The position numbers and the translations under genes are program-made. Positions 24,177 to 36,531 of a stretch of DNA of 64,000 bases are shown piece after piece. Every line of letters begins with the position of its first letter. Within the stretch, counting starts at the first letter, position 1. The notes below the pieces were generated by a model. The model did no database searches, was not told the DNA's origin, and saw only the letters and a list, made by a program, of their open reading frames with translations. Where the stretch lies: the NCBI RefSeq assembly GCF_006345805.1, contig NC_042998.1, forward strand, positions 39,184,001 to 39,248,000, given 5' to 3'. The stretch comes from Octopus sinensis (lineage: Eukaryota).

Positions 24177-24929
24177 TTTTTCTTAATTTAACTCAGTTCA
24201 ACTGATGAAGATAAACTGAAAATAAAGTTATTTTCAGTATCAGTTAGCTGACTATCATTCAGTTAGCTCTGATTGGTTAGATTTTAGAACTTTCTCTGTC
24301 CCCTCTTTCAAACTAATTTTTGTTGTGGGGGGGGGGGAGAAAGATGAACGATTTAAAATAAATATATCTTAATTGTAGTGTGAGAAAAGTATATATATTC
24401 TGATGATAAAATATATTCTTTCAAAAACATTTGTAGTCCTACTATGAAAGATTGTTTTGGGCTGAAACCCAAGTTAACGAAAGTACATGAATAAGGATTT
24501 GACTGTCATGATGTTGAGTCTTATTAGATTCTTGTCCGATTCAGTATATTGTCATGTGCTTTCTGAAGTAGGCAATAAAAACCTTATAAACAAACTGTTA
24601 TCTACATAATACTGTGGTAATTAGACAAACATTAACTGAAATTAATTATGCCTTCCTAACAGAAAATGACATAATATGTATTTATTATGTGAACATGTAA
24701 AGGAAACTGAAAATTGTGATATGTTCCTCTCATTACTGGCACTTATTAACTTGAGAAAAATAAAAAGGCCACATATAGAATGAGATATTCGAAAATAAAA
24801 AAATGTTAAAAGATACTCCTCGGAATTAAAATCATGACAAAGATTTTCAAAATCCCTTTTTTGCGATAGATGGAGATTGCCTGAAGTAAATAAGGGAGAA
24901 GGAGAGAGAAGACAGCAGAAGGAACAGCA

Positions 24930-25822
24930 TTGATGAATTTCTGTGAAAAAAAATATTTGGACAAAATGAAAACGGTCGTGTGATGAATATTCTGAAAGAT
25001 GTTTCAGAATGATATAAAGTTTGAATGGGTATGATCTTCCGCGTGTATTGAAACCATTGCATTGTAGAAATTATAACGTGACATTTCTGCTAAGCTGCTG
25101 CAACTTTTTAAGACTTACATTGAAAGGTTACATCGAAAAGTTACAAATATGTGACGAGTTTGAACGAATAATACCCCAGAAAAAGAAGGTATTTAATTAG
25201 TTGATTACTAATTTGCTACACTGTCATAAAATCTCCACAATTTTGATGAATTTCTGTGAAAAAAAATATTTGGACAAAATGAAAACGGTCGTGTGATGAA
25301 TATTCTGAAAGATGTTTCAGAATGATATAAAGTTTGAATGGGTATGATCTTCCGCGTGTATTGAAACCATTGCATTGTAGAAATTATAACGTGACATTTC
25401 TGCTAAGCTGCTGCAACTTTTTAAGACTTACATTGAAAGGTTTACATCGAAAAGTTACAAATATGTGACGAGTTTGAACGAATAATACCCCAGAAAAAGA
25501 AGGTATTTAATTAGTTGATTACTAATTGCTACACTGTCATAAAATCTCCACAATTTTGATGAATTTCTGTGAAAAAAAATATTTGGACAAAATGAAAACG
25601 GTCGTGTGATGAATATTCTGAAAGATGTTTCAGAATGATAAAAGTTTGAATGGGTATGATCTTCCGCGTGTATTGAAACCATTGCATTGTAGAAATTATA
25701 ACGTGACATTTCTGCTAAGCTGCTGCAACTTTTTAAGACTTACATTGAAAGGTTTACATCGAAAAGTTACAAATATGTGACGAGTTTGAACAAGAATAAT
25801 ACCCCAGAAAAAGAAGGTATTT
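24930..25822. repeat. Tandem array, same ~314-bp unit x ~2.8, inverted (right arm)
   Basis: Unit ends (GAAGGTATTT) near 25194, 25508, 25822. Confidence 0.95.
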
Positions 25823-27004
25823 AATTAATTGACTACTATTTTACATTACACATGAAATGTATTTATTTATAACTTTAAACTGAAAATTCCCCGTTCGCGT
25901 TTCTGTAAAAAAAAAGTAATTACTTTTTACTTTGTTCAAAAAAAATTATTAATAATAATTAATTTTCAAGAATTATTTAATTTATATAATTAATTCATTA
26001 ATTTTATTCTGTAAAATAGTAATTAATTCATTTATCTGTAAATCCGCGAGGAAAGCGACCAAGGTATCTTTAAAAAAATCCTTTTTTTTTTGGGGGGGGG
26101 GTTTTAACTTTTTAACTCGCATGCGCGAATCGCGCACTGCGCATGCGCAAGTCACCTCGTAGGATCTCGAGTATTAATAATAATTAATTTTCAAGAATTA
26201 TTTATTTATAATTAATTCATTAATTTTATTCTGTAAAATAGTAATTAATTCATTTATCTGTAAATCCGCGAGGAAAGCGACTATGTAATTTTTTTGTGTA
26301 AAATTGAATATGTTATATATACACACACACACACACATATATATTTTTAGTTAAATCCAACACCTTTTTGTGTTAAAAAGCAGAAAGGTATCTTTAAAAA
26401 AATCCTTTTTTTTTTCGGGGGGGGGGGGTTTAACGCGCACGCGCGAATTCTGCACTGCGCATGCGCAAGTCACCTCGTAGGATCTCGAGTATCGAGTACC
26501 TACGTCTGGCGCGCGCGCGCGCGCGAATTCGCGTGTGCAAAACCGGGACCACGACAATTAACAAGTACCTTGAAAATGTTTATTATTTGTGATACATTAA
26601 CATCATTCTGCTTCCTCAGATGAAAGCCAATAATTGTCTCTCAGGCAGTCGTTATGTTAACGGCAAAAGAACAGGCCAAGCTATATAATAACTATTATTA
26701 CTAAGCGCTGAATCAGTTTTCGTTTCCCTCGACACGATGAATACAACGGGTGCCATACTCTTATTCAACCAGCCTTGACCAGATGAGATATTTTGTTTTA
26801 GTCAGATTTGACTAAGGACACTAGGCTGATTCTCTAAATTCTCAGTTATAAATATACTTCAATATACATTTTTTTTTTAATTTATTTTTTTTTATAGATA
26901 ATTTATATTAACAACATATTTTTACAAGAGAAATGAAAGAAAAAATATCAAAAGATCAAATTATTAAGAGAGAAAAAAAACCATGACTACCTCATCTAGG
27001 AAAT

Positions 27005-27450
27005 AAAACATTTCTGCCACTGAAGCTCTTCAATTATTTTTAATCAATGTTTTTTCCACCTCTCTCTGCTTTGGGCTTTCGTTATTGCGATGTTCCCGTC
27101 CCAATCTACGTCTCAGTATATTTGATCCAGTCTCTCTTTGCTCGTCCTTTCCTCCTTTGCCTTCTAATTGTCCAAATATGACGACATTTACATACGACCC
27201 AGTCATTCTGCTAATGTGGCCGAACCAATGAATAATTCTTTGTTTTGTTTTTATGATCATTCTCTCTGCGCAGACAAAGCATTAATTTGTTCGAAGACTG
27301 AACAGTTGGTCCGATAGTCCTGCAACATAAAACCAAGAATTCTGTGAAAGCATGTCATATCGAATCCTGACCAATTCAATGTTTTTAACTCTGCCTCTCT
27401 TGCAATATACACAATCGCTGGCATCGTAGATTACGATGACCTCACTTCGA
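27005..27450 (-). mobile_element. RTE LINE C-terminal fragment abutting the Merlin right end
   Basis: FDMTCFHRILG and RIIHWFGHISRM...GQLEGK resemble RTE RLRWFGHI...GxVEG. Confidence 0.6.
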
Positions 27451-29854
27451 TCCTAATTACGTTCTTGTTGATGTTCCTTACCTTTGCTAATTGTGACCAC
27501 ATTATTGTAATTAAACTTCTCGGTTTCGTGTCTTTTACTATAGCTTCGAGCCAACCAATAACCTTGCGGTAGAATTGGTATGCGTAGACTAGAAAAGCTT
27601 AGTGTGTGTGTGTGTGGTTTCTGTGTGTCTATTGTTCGTTACATTTGACCCGGCGTGGCGAAATAATGCTTCCGTACCTTAATGGCGGGGATAAATAGAA
27701 ATCGCTAAAATAAATACCATGTTTTAAAACGAAATAAGTACCGGTATTACTATGATATGCCCCATCATAGCTGAAGTCCTAAATTCTGAATGAAATAAAA
27801 GAATAGGCATGACTCTGAGTCTTTTTCTTTTATTAGAATTCTTTCTAGAAGAAGGAAATTGGTTTCTAACGAAAAGAAAGAAAAAAACTCCATCGTTGAA
27901 ATCTGAATAGCAACAACAAACTCAAGGAAAGTCTTGCATATTTTTTATTGTTATTCCAACAAAGTATATCTGCTTACCGGTGTCTTCAAAAATTTTAACT
28001 TTTACAGATTTTCACTTAGAAATTTACTAGTATAACCTAGTATACCAGTATGTATTACGTTTGTAAGTGTTCGTATCTATAGAAAAAAACAAAGCCGAAG
28101 AGTTGGTTTCGAAATAATTTAATCCTGTAATATTTATGAGTTTCAGGGAAGATTTAGGTCGACTTACGTAACCTAGGCCAGATATATTTATGGTATCTTC
28201 ACTTCGTCAGAGATTCTTTTAATATGAATTACCTAAACTTATCTTTTCTTATATAACTAAATTCCACAGAAAGGCTTCGAAGGGGGCTAAAATTATTTTT
28301 TTTTAAACTTTAATCTTGCCATTTCAAAAGAAATGGTAAGATTAAAGATTAAAGTAACACATAAAATGGTGAACTTTTTAGATGTCAGCCTTGATTTTAA
28401 AATGAATATGCTCTATCCTTAAACCGAATGAAAACTAACGTTACATGCACAAACATTCTGATCTTCCCAATTCTTTTATAGATACTCCTATTAATAATAT
28501 CCCTTTTAGGATATCTAAATTATCAGCGAATGAACGAATATTCAATACTAGCGCTGAATTATATAATTAGGCTCTGAAGTGACTTTCAGGGAAAAATAAC
28601 ATATTTTGTTTTCGTATTTGGTTTGCTGTATTCTCAAGCTGAACTTGTATATTTTATCGTATCGCGGGAGGGTCATTATGCCACTTATAAACACACGCGC
28701 TGCTTCTATTTCACTTCATTTTAATTTTGGTTAACCATTTAACTAATCGATTGTTTAATTAATCGTTCGATTAATCAGTCAATCAATCAATTGGATTTGT
28801 CCTTTCGTTTCCACACATGACCTCATCAATGACATGTCCTCTCTACCCCAGGTCTACTTAAGGTGTGCCTCGCAGAGTCTTTACAGATTCTGTATTTAGA
28901 TGGAAATGTGTGGGAGTGTTTGTGAGAGAGGAAGAGAGTGAAAAAAGAGCGTGTGTACACGTGTGTATGCGCGCTTATGTGTGTGTGGATACACGTTTGT
29001 GTGTCATAGAATGGATTCTGTAAGAGAACGTGTGTGTGTGTGTCTGTCTGTGTGATGGTCATCAAGTCGATTTCTCAATACAGACATGTACTTGTAATAA
29101 CATTAAACAACATGGTTTTCTCTAATTTCAGTTTTGAATTTGTTTTGTGTGACAAATGCAGCGCATAATTTTGTCAAGAATCACATCGACAGCATCTCTG
29201 CTTTTGAGTTTTTGTCCAAAACGAATCTTCTGCTCCGCAATAGAGATGACCACATCACTGGACATAAAGGACAGCAGTATTCCACTCGGACTACTGTAGT
29301 TATGTGCACATAAACATTCCAGTTACTCTCCTGGCATGTGGTCTTTCATCGACCGTAAATCTAGTTTTTAGATGAGAAATGCGACCTCAGTCAGTGCAAG
29401 AGAGATTATCTGCTATGCAGAACTCCTTCCTTTTTGTGGTGAGGGTCACTTATCAAGAACTAATTCTCCATAAACTATTCTCATCGTAAACCTGAAATCA
29501 ACAAACTAGATTATATGAACAACTCATTAATTAAAGTGGAACGAAGTGGGACAACAGCTGATTGATGGGAAACAAGAAATCTATGCATTGTTTTACAGTC
29601 TTTTGTGTCACAGGTCATTACTTTTAGTTCTCTGCAAAACTGATTTGTGTTTGTGGGGTGGGGGTGGGGGGTAAATACCTGATTGAAAAGCCCCTTTGGA
29701 TGGAAAAAGTCGAAGGCCGCCCATGGGACACGAACCCACATCTCCTGTAGATTTATTTATAGCTTTATGTGCTTCGAGATCCATTGTTCCAAAAAACAAT
29801 TATTTGTTGTTCTCTCGAAAGTTTATAAATTCGTATGACGCCCATGGCAAGCAG

Positions 29855-29895
29855 ACAGACAGACAGGTAGGTAGGTAAGTAGGTAGGTAGATAGG

Positions 29896-29971
<76 letters not shown>

Positions 29972-29975
29972 CAGA
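29855..29975. repeat. (GACA/GGTA/GATA)n microsatellite
   Basis: Directly visible. Confidence 0.9.
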
Positions 29976-30259
29976 CATGGACAAAGAGGAAGAGAGAGGG
30001 AGGGAGTGCAAATGGAAAAGGGAAAGCAAAGATAGGAGAAAGTGATTAGTATGTAATTTGTTCAGATATTCATGCGTATATCACGTGAAGATAATCTCTA
30101 TATTGGTTAACTCAGTATTCAGTCGCCTACAATTAACAACAATTAAATAAAAGCAAACGAACCAAAATGTGGGAAAAGTTGAGCAGCAGAATGGACGTCA
30201 GGTTATTTACAAAGATTCCTTGAGGAGTCGCGAAAGCATTACATATATTATTGTAACAT

Positions 30260-30491
30260 AAGGCGGCGAGCTGGCAGAATCGTTAGCACGTCAGGCGAAA
30301 TGCCGAGCGGTATTTCGTCTGCCGTTGCGTTCTCAGTTGAATTTCCGCCGAGGTCGACTTTGCCTTTCATCCTTTCGGGATCGATAAATTAAGTACCAGT
30401 TGCGCATTGGGGTTGATATAATCGACTTAATCCGTTTGTCTGTCCTTGTTTGTCCCTTCTGTGTTTAGCCCTTGTGAGTAGTAAAGAAATA
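30260..30491 (+). mobile_element. Full-length tRNA-derived SINE (Nin-domain-like) with 17-bp TSD
   Basis: Head GGCGGCGAGCTGGCAGAATCGTTAGC; central GAGGTCGACTTTGCCTTTCATCCTTTCGG; TSD ATATATTA(T/C)TGTAACAT at 30243-30259 and 30492-30508. Confidence 0.85.
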
Positions 30492-30587
30492 ATATATTAC
30501 TGTAACATGCAGACAACTAATAAGACAAACAATGTTTCGACGAGTTTCCCGACATGTTGCACAGTAACTATGCACACTCAGCTAAAG

Positions 30588-30885
30588 GCACGTGGCTCAG
30601 TGGTTACGGTATTCGGCTCACGATTCTAAGGTCGTGACTTTGATCCCCGGCGGCGCGTTGTCTTCTTGAGCAAGACACTTTATTTTACGTCGCTCCACTT
30701 CACTCCCCTGTCAAAATTCAAAAGGGCCAATCTTGTCACAGTCTGTGTCACACTGAATCTCCCTGAGAACTGCGTGTTTGTGGAGTGCTCAGTCACTTAC
30801 TCGTTAATTTCACGGGCAGGCTGCTCCGTTGATCGGATCAACTGGCACATTCACCGTCGTAACAGACGGAGTGCCAATTATGGAT
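30588..30885 (+). mobile_element. tRNA-derived SINE with CORE-like domain
   Basis: A-box TGGCTCAGTGG, degenerate B-box ACTTTGATCCC, then TTGAGCAAGACACTTTATTT. Confidence 0.75.
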
Positions 30886-32649
30886 GCTCAGATAGATATG
30901 TTGGCTCAACATAATCTTAGAAAATACTTCACATACTGGAAGTAACTGAATTCAATTGTGACTAAAATCTAACAAATTTTTAAAGAAAATGATCATCGAT
31001 TTAAAAACTAGATGTGAATTAAGCAGTCTATGCACGAGATCCTCACAGTTAAATCTGTAAGTTTTTGTCAAAGAAAACCAAAGAAAACATTGAGTTATAA
31101 TTTTAACAAAGAATTATACGGACACATAAATATTCCCGGCCAAAATGTAATGATTTTATACAAAGATTTGCACACCCATGGAACATCAAACACCCAAAAT
31201 TTGATTCAAGCCCAAAAACATTTCAATGAACTGGTAATCCATATGAATAAATTTTCAGTCTTAACATAAATTAAAAATGTTATTCTAAATAAAACACCGA
31301 AAAGCGGTGCAAGGTACAATAAAAATATCAAAGGCCACCTTGTAGCTATGTTAGAAATCATTAATAACAGCGACATCGTGTCAAAGTGTATTATCCCTGA
31401 AGATAGCAGTGAGCCACAACAGATGTTTCCGAATGCTGATGGCACTTCATTTCAAATTCAAACGGTTGTAGAGCGAATAGATAAATAAATGAATTTCTTT
31501 AACATCTTAAAATTAATTTGGCAAGGAACTCTAGAACTGGTACGAAATTTCGACTTGAAGATAAGCTATTTCTTTCAATTTGAATTCGAAGTTGTAAATA
31601 AAACAGCTGAAATTTATCTAAAATTTACCTAACAAGCAGGACAGTACTAACTTATCGCAAGAAGCTAAGGCAACCAACCCAAGCATGATGCAGACAAGAG
31701 TGTTGGATTATAATAAAATATATTTCTATGGAGAAACATTTCATATATTCTCGTGGTTATAAAATGCAACACAGCACATACATCCAAAGAAATAAAATAA
31801 AGCAGTTGAAACTTGAAATAATAAACTATGTTCACTGAAACAAGAAGAATTTCAATCACAGCCAAGAAACTAAAATACACATCAACGTGTTGTAAAAGCA
31901 AAATGCTGAATAAATTGTTCGCTGAAGAACCCCAAAATGTTAATGCCGTAACTACAACGGGAATTGGCACAATTTCTGTGGAAGACACAGCATCAGAACA
32001 AAATAACTGTAACGAAAGTCAATAAGAGGAAGAAAATATAAGTTTAATAAACAAACTATATGGCTGTAAAGCCAAAGCAATAACATAAGGTTGCAGAGGG
32101 AAAATCAAAGAGAACATTTCCGGGCCGAGATCTTAAAACAGGATATTGATGCAAGAAGTTAGCATTTTGGTATTTTATCGGGAAAGGACATATGAGTACA
32201 TTTATGTCTGCTCGCATGGTTTGTACTTGTCACTCTTCTCATTCCAAAAAGTGGCGAAAATCATTCAGGATACAAATTACTGACCAATGTCCTTCCATGA
32301 TATTAAATTTATTAAATACATTGGGTGTCACATTTTGTTCAAACACAATACTATAAAACACTTGGGAAATCTAAGAGAAAGAAAAATGTATGGAGTGGAA
32401 GAGAACAGCTAATGATCCAAGAAAACAGTTAAAGAACTGCAAAAGTTTCGTTATGGAGTAGCTTTCAATAGCATATCACAGAAATGGATTTGCAAAGCTT
32501 TACAATAACTCAAAGTCTCACAACCACTATTAACCTATCAAAAACATAGGAGACTTCCCTACTTCTAAAAGGTGAGGAGAAACTAATGATATCCGTCTCT
32601 TGTTAAATGCATTTCCATATCTGTTCTCAAACATGTTTTATAGAAACAG

Positions 32650-35400
32650 TGTTTATAGAAATGGCTACCTTGAATCTAAAAATATCTCTCAACTTCCATT
32701 TTTGGACGATTAAATTTGCTCGCATTTGCACGACTCGATCGCAACTCCCATCATGACCCCTGCCTAGTGTTCGAGAGGTCATCAGGGCAAAATTTCGTTT
32801 CCGTACAGAACTGTTCAATAAAAGATTTTTGCCTCGATGGCCAACTCATTTATATCAGTCAGAGAGGCCACCAGAGTGCAGCACCAGTGAATTCTTGCTT
32901 TGTTCTCTCTTGTAATATATCCCCCCCCCCGCTCCTCTCTCTAATGACATCATTGATAGCAAGAAGCCTTCCATATATTGTTTAGTTAACATGCCCCACC
33001 ATACTTTGCCTGCAAGTGTTTCCAGAATGTTAAAACATCAGACTCTTTCAAATACTCGTCCCATAGTGGCACTGAAGAAGTTCCTCTCAAGATTATTGGG
33101 TAACGATGACTTTCACATGACACAAACACCGTGAAGAACAGCCCATGCTTTCTCGAATCAAAGTGTTACATACCATTCTATAAATGTGATATTTTCTCGG
33201 TATACGAAGGAGCCTACAGATTTTGGAGAGTTTTGTTTGGTCGACTTATTAAAATCTTCCTTGTCAAAAACCAGGAAGACTTCATAAGTAGATACGTTAT
33301 AGATATTCATACTTTGAAGCGTTGAAATAAACACTAATACCTTCTGCCATTTTCCCAACGTCGTGTAGAAGGATGGCAGCTTCTGAGATTGCGCCTGCTA
33401 AAAGAATGTCATCATCACTTATAACCTGCATCTGCCATTGCTGATATTATCTGACAAGGGAAAGTGGCCTTTGCTCGAGTGAAGCCCAGTTTTTTTGTGC
33501 TTTTTTTTTAAATTTTATCCACTGAAGCTATGAGGATAAACGAGACTGGAAGAGTTTCTATCAGGTGATCGTACTTCAACACTTGTATTTTTGTAGAGCC
33601 TCATTACTGCTGCTACTACTTCTAGTAGTGTATCGTATGCTTAAAAAAATTCGCTCTATTCTGCCTCGGTGGAGAAAGGCGAAAGCTTTTGAAAAGCTTA
33701 TTAACAATAAGAGTGTCTATAGATTTTTTATATCTATCTCTTTCGATGATTCTTTTGACTGTTACACTGTAGACCGATTTTTCCTGAATCCGTTTCTTGA
33801 TTTTTCTTCATAAGTCCTTCCCCTCCAGTTCTGGTTATATGATTCAACAACAACAACGACAACAACAACAACCTGCTGTAGAATTTTGTATGGATGATTC
33901 TTCTGTTTACTTTAACCACGCCTAAATTACTTAAATTATCTTTCTTGTCAAATTGAAGAGTACAGCCTACAACACATTTCTCAAGTGGATGTTGATTGTA
34001 AATTGTCATACAGAATTGAAAGGATTTCACAGAAAACCTCAGTTAACCAAACTTCTGAGGATAATCCATCAAAACCAACTGCATTCCTGTCTTTGATCCT
34101 TTCAGGACGTCAATGTTTCGATCGAATGTGTGGAATCACCAACTTTGATGTCAACGTCATATTTTATGGCAGGTTTTATAGGTCTGTTTGAAATAACTGG
34201 GGGACGGGGGTCTTTTGTTTGGCATCGTAATTGTAAATAAGATCTTGTTGCTCTCTTCAAGTGATTGCGCTTTTAGTTAATGATTTCCAAACTCTCATAC
34301 GATTCACGGTTTGGTATTAGTTTTGATGAGAAAGTATTTTTGCAGCTTGTTGATAAGATGGGGAAAAAATATTCAAATGTTGCATTTCGGGAGTTGGGTT
34401 CTATTTCTGCTTGCAATGCCTTGAACCTTTATTTCACCAAGATGATACATGATCAAATTGCTTTTTCCTGTCATATAGAGGAGCTTCTGAGATTATTTTG
34501 TCTGTCGGAGCTCATCTGAGATTGTGGTTAATATACGATATACAACGATCAGGACCATCTCCTTCAAAGGAATTTTATGCTCGGCACTTTTGCTGTTTTC
34601 CACTTATTTATGAACATGCAGTTCAATTGATCCTCAATTCCTTTGGTATAAGTTTGTGGCCAAGTCTTGGATCCCTTCTTCTAAAAATTAGCATTTAGGT
34701 ATTGCGGGTTATGTTTTGTGATGAAATCTAGCATGCGCTGACCATTTCGATTGATAGAATAATTGTTATATAAATCTATGAAACCAGCTTCATAAGTTCA
34801 GTTGTTTAAGATAGTAGCACATGGCCATGGGGCATAAGGGGCCACTGATTTTTGTGAAGATCTGTCTAGGGAGAATCTCCCGAACGTTGTTTGGAGATTT
34901 TAGATCCTGAGAGTTAAAGAGAATTTCTATTCCTCAGATTGTTGAGTTTTTCCATAATGAACCAGATATAAAAGTTGAGTCTTTTCTCTAGTTTTTAGGT
35001 CTAAATTATCAAAGTAAAAGCAATGTTCTTAAATGCGTTTGATGTCAGTGTTTTTAGGAAATGTCGATGCTTCTAATTCCGATAACTTGTGAGTGAAATT
35101 TACAGATCGAATCTTAAGATTATGGATGTTTGTTTGCATTCTAACAATGTGGAGTTTAGTTTGGTTCCAAAGCTGACTTTTTGAATGTTAGGAGATAGCC
35201 AATACCACTGCAGGACGCGTTGTAGTCGTGGTTACGGAATTCTTTGGTTCTGCGTGACTGGCGATGCATGATATAGATCTGATTTTAATGTTCGTCATTT
35301 AAATCTTTCGTTAGTTCAATATGAACTACGACCGTTGAATCTATAGATATTAATAGTAATATATCTCGGATATTTGGAAACCTTGATCATTGACCTTCCT
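32650..35400 (-). mobile_element. Old, heavily degraded RTE-type LINE
   Basis: Ordered minus-strand motifs AVGFDGLSSEVW (~34050-34083), NGFRKNRSTV (~33768-33795), DDDILLA (~33395-33415), KAWAVL (~33135-33155). Confidence 0.7.
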
Positions 35401-36039
35401 GGAGATTCCTCTATTCAGCATCGTGTGAGTGTCTCAGATGGTCGGTAGGGGAATATTTTGTTGAGACTTCCTATCTGCCATTCTGCTTCCAATGGCCTCA
35501 TCATGGCCCAGATCGGAAGGTTGATGGGTGCTTATGCCTTGCTAAAGGTTAACCCGTGTCGGTCCAAGACGGCTTATTTCCATATTCGTTGCTAAACCCT
35601 ATATCTAAAAACCTTCCCCCTACTCGCCACTGCATTAGAGTTCTCCTAATCCTATTCCGGTTGAATATAAACCATATCGAAAAGCAATTGGATATCATTA
35701 CACAGTATTCTATATAGAATGGAATGAATTTGATGGATCCTGTATAATACCAAAACGAGGAAAATTTGTGCCTTAACAGGAAATTTTTTTTAGTGAACGA
35801 CCTGAGAATAGAACCTGTTAAACCAAGTAATAACTACAAGTATTTTGGACAATATGAAAATGTCAGGTATGATGGTGAGAGAGTAAAAATGTGGTCATCA
35901 CTAATCGACATACAGTAAACATATCGCTCACAACTCCATGGCAACGCTTATACTGACTTCCACATTTGGTCTTTTGTACAACTCACTTAACATTAACTTA
36001 GTAATACGGATATGAGAAGTCAGAAACTGTTCAATGTGA

Positions 36040-36360
36040 AAGGAGAGTTCAAAATACAATGCAGATATAGGCACCCGTCCTATTCACCAGATTTAGCACG
36101 TGCGGATTTCCATCTCTTCCCCAAGAATAAAATGTAGCTCAATGATCATCGTTTTAACATCGTTGTCGAGATCCAGAGCGAATCGCATAAGGTCTTCAAT
36201 TCGTTTATAGAAAATGACTTCCGGGCCGGATTCCAAAAGTGGCAGGAAAGCTGGGAAGGTGTCTATTTCGAAGGAGATTGAGGTAAATAAGTTATTTTTT
36301 TTATTAAACACTAGTATTTTTTTTTTATTAAACATAACTAGTCCAGCAACTTTATATACC
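36040..36360 (+). mobile_element. mariner transposase 3' relic
   Basis: HPSYSPDLARADFHLFPK...FQKWQESW..YFEGD* (YSPDLAPxD-like motif). Confidence 0.8.
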
Positions 36361-36361
36361 A

Positions 36362-36531
36362 CATACATACATACATACATACATACATACATACATACAT
36401 ACATACATACATACATACATACATACATACATACATACATACATACGTACGTACATACATATATACATACATACGTAATACGTAATTAGATAATACATAC
36501 ATACGTAATTACATACATACATACATACATA
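36362..36531. repeat. (TACA)n microsatellite
   Basis: Directly visible. Confidence 0.9.

Larger units (their letters stand above)
19955..27004 (-). mobile_element. Merlin (IS1595/ISXO2-like) DNA transposon with ~2.08-kb inverted arms
   Basis: Arms 19955-22035 and 24930-27004 are near-identical reverse complements; central DDE transposase; no TSD found. Confidence 0.9.

Noticed and set aside
24202-24222. CTGATGA...GAAA hammerhead-like string
   Set aside because: Only a 2-bp stem II and no stem I/III or NUH site.
21141-25822. 314-bp array as a CRISPR array or as repeated small genes (MQWFQYTRK... ORFs at 22509, 23158, 24847, 25455)
   Set aside because: Units are contiguous with no unique spacers and there are no cas genes. 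The listed ORFs are on the strand opposite the transposase-derived codons and recur only because the unit is repeated.
30588-30660. tRNA gene
   Set aside because: A-box present but B-box degenerate, and it runs straight into a SINE core domain; this is a SINE head.
31030-32025. Short plus-strand ORFs (31030-31269, 31828-32025) as a host gene
   Set aside because: No recognisable motif or consistent splice structure; left unassigned. A BLASTx search would settle it.
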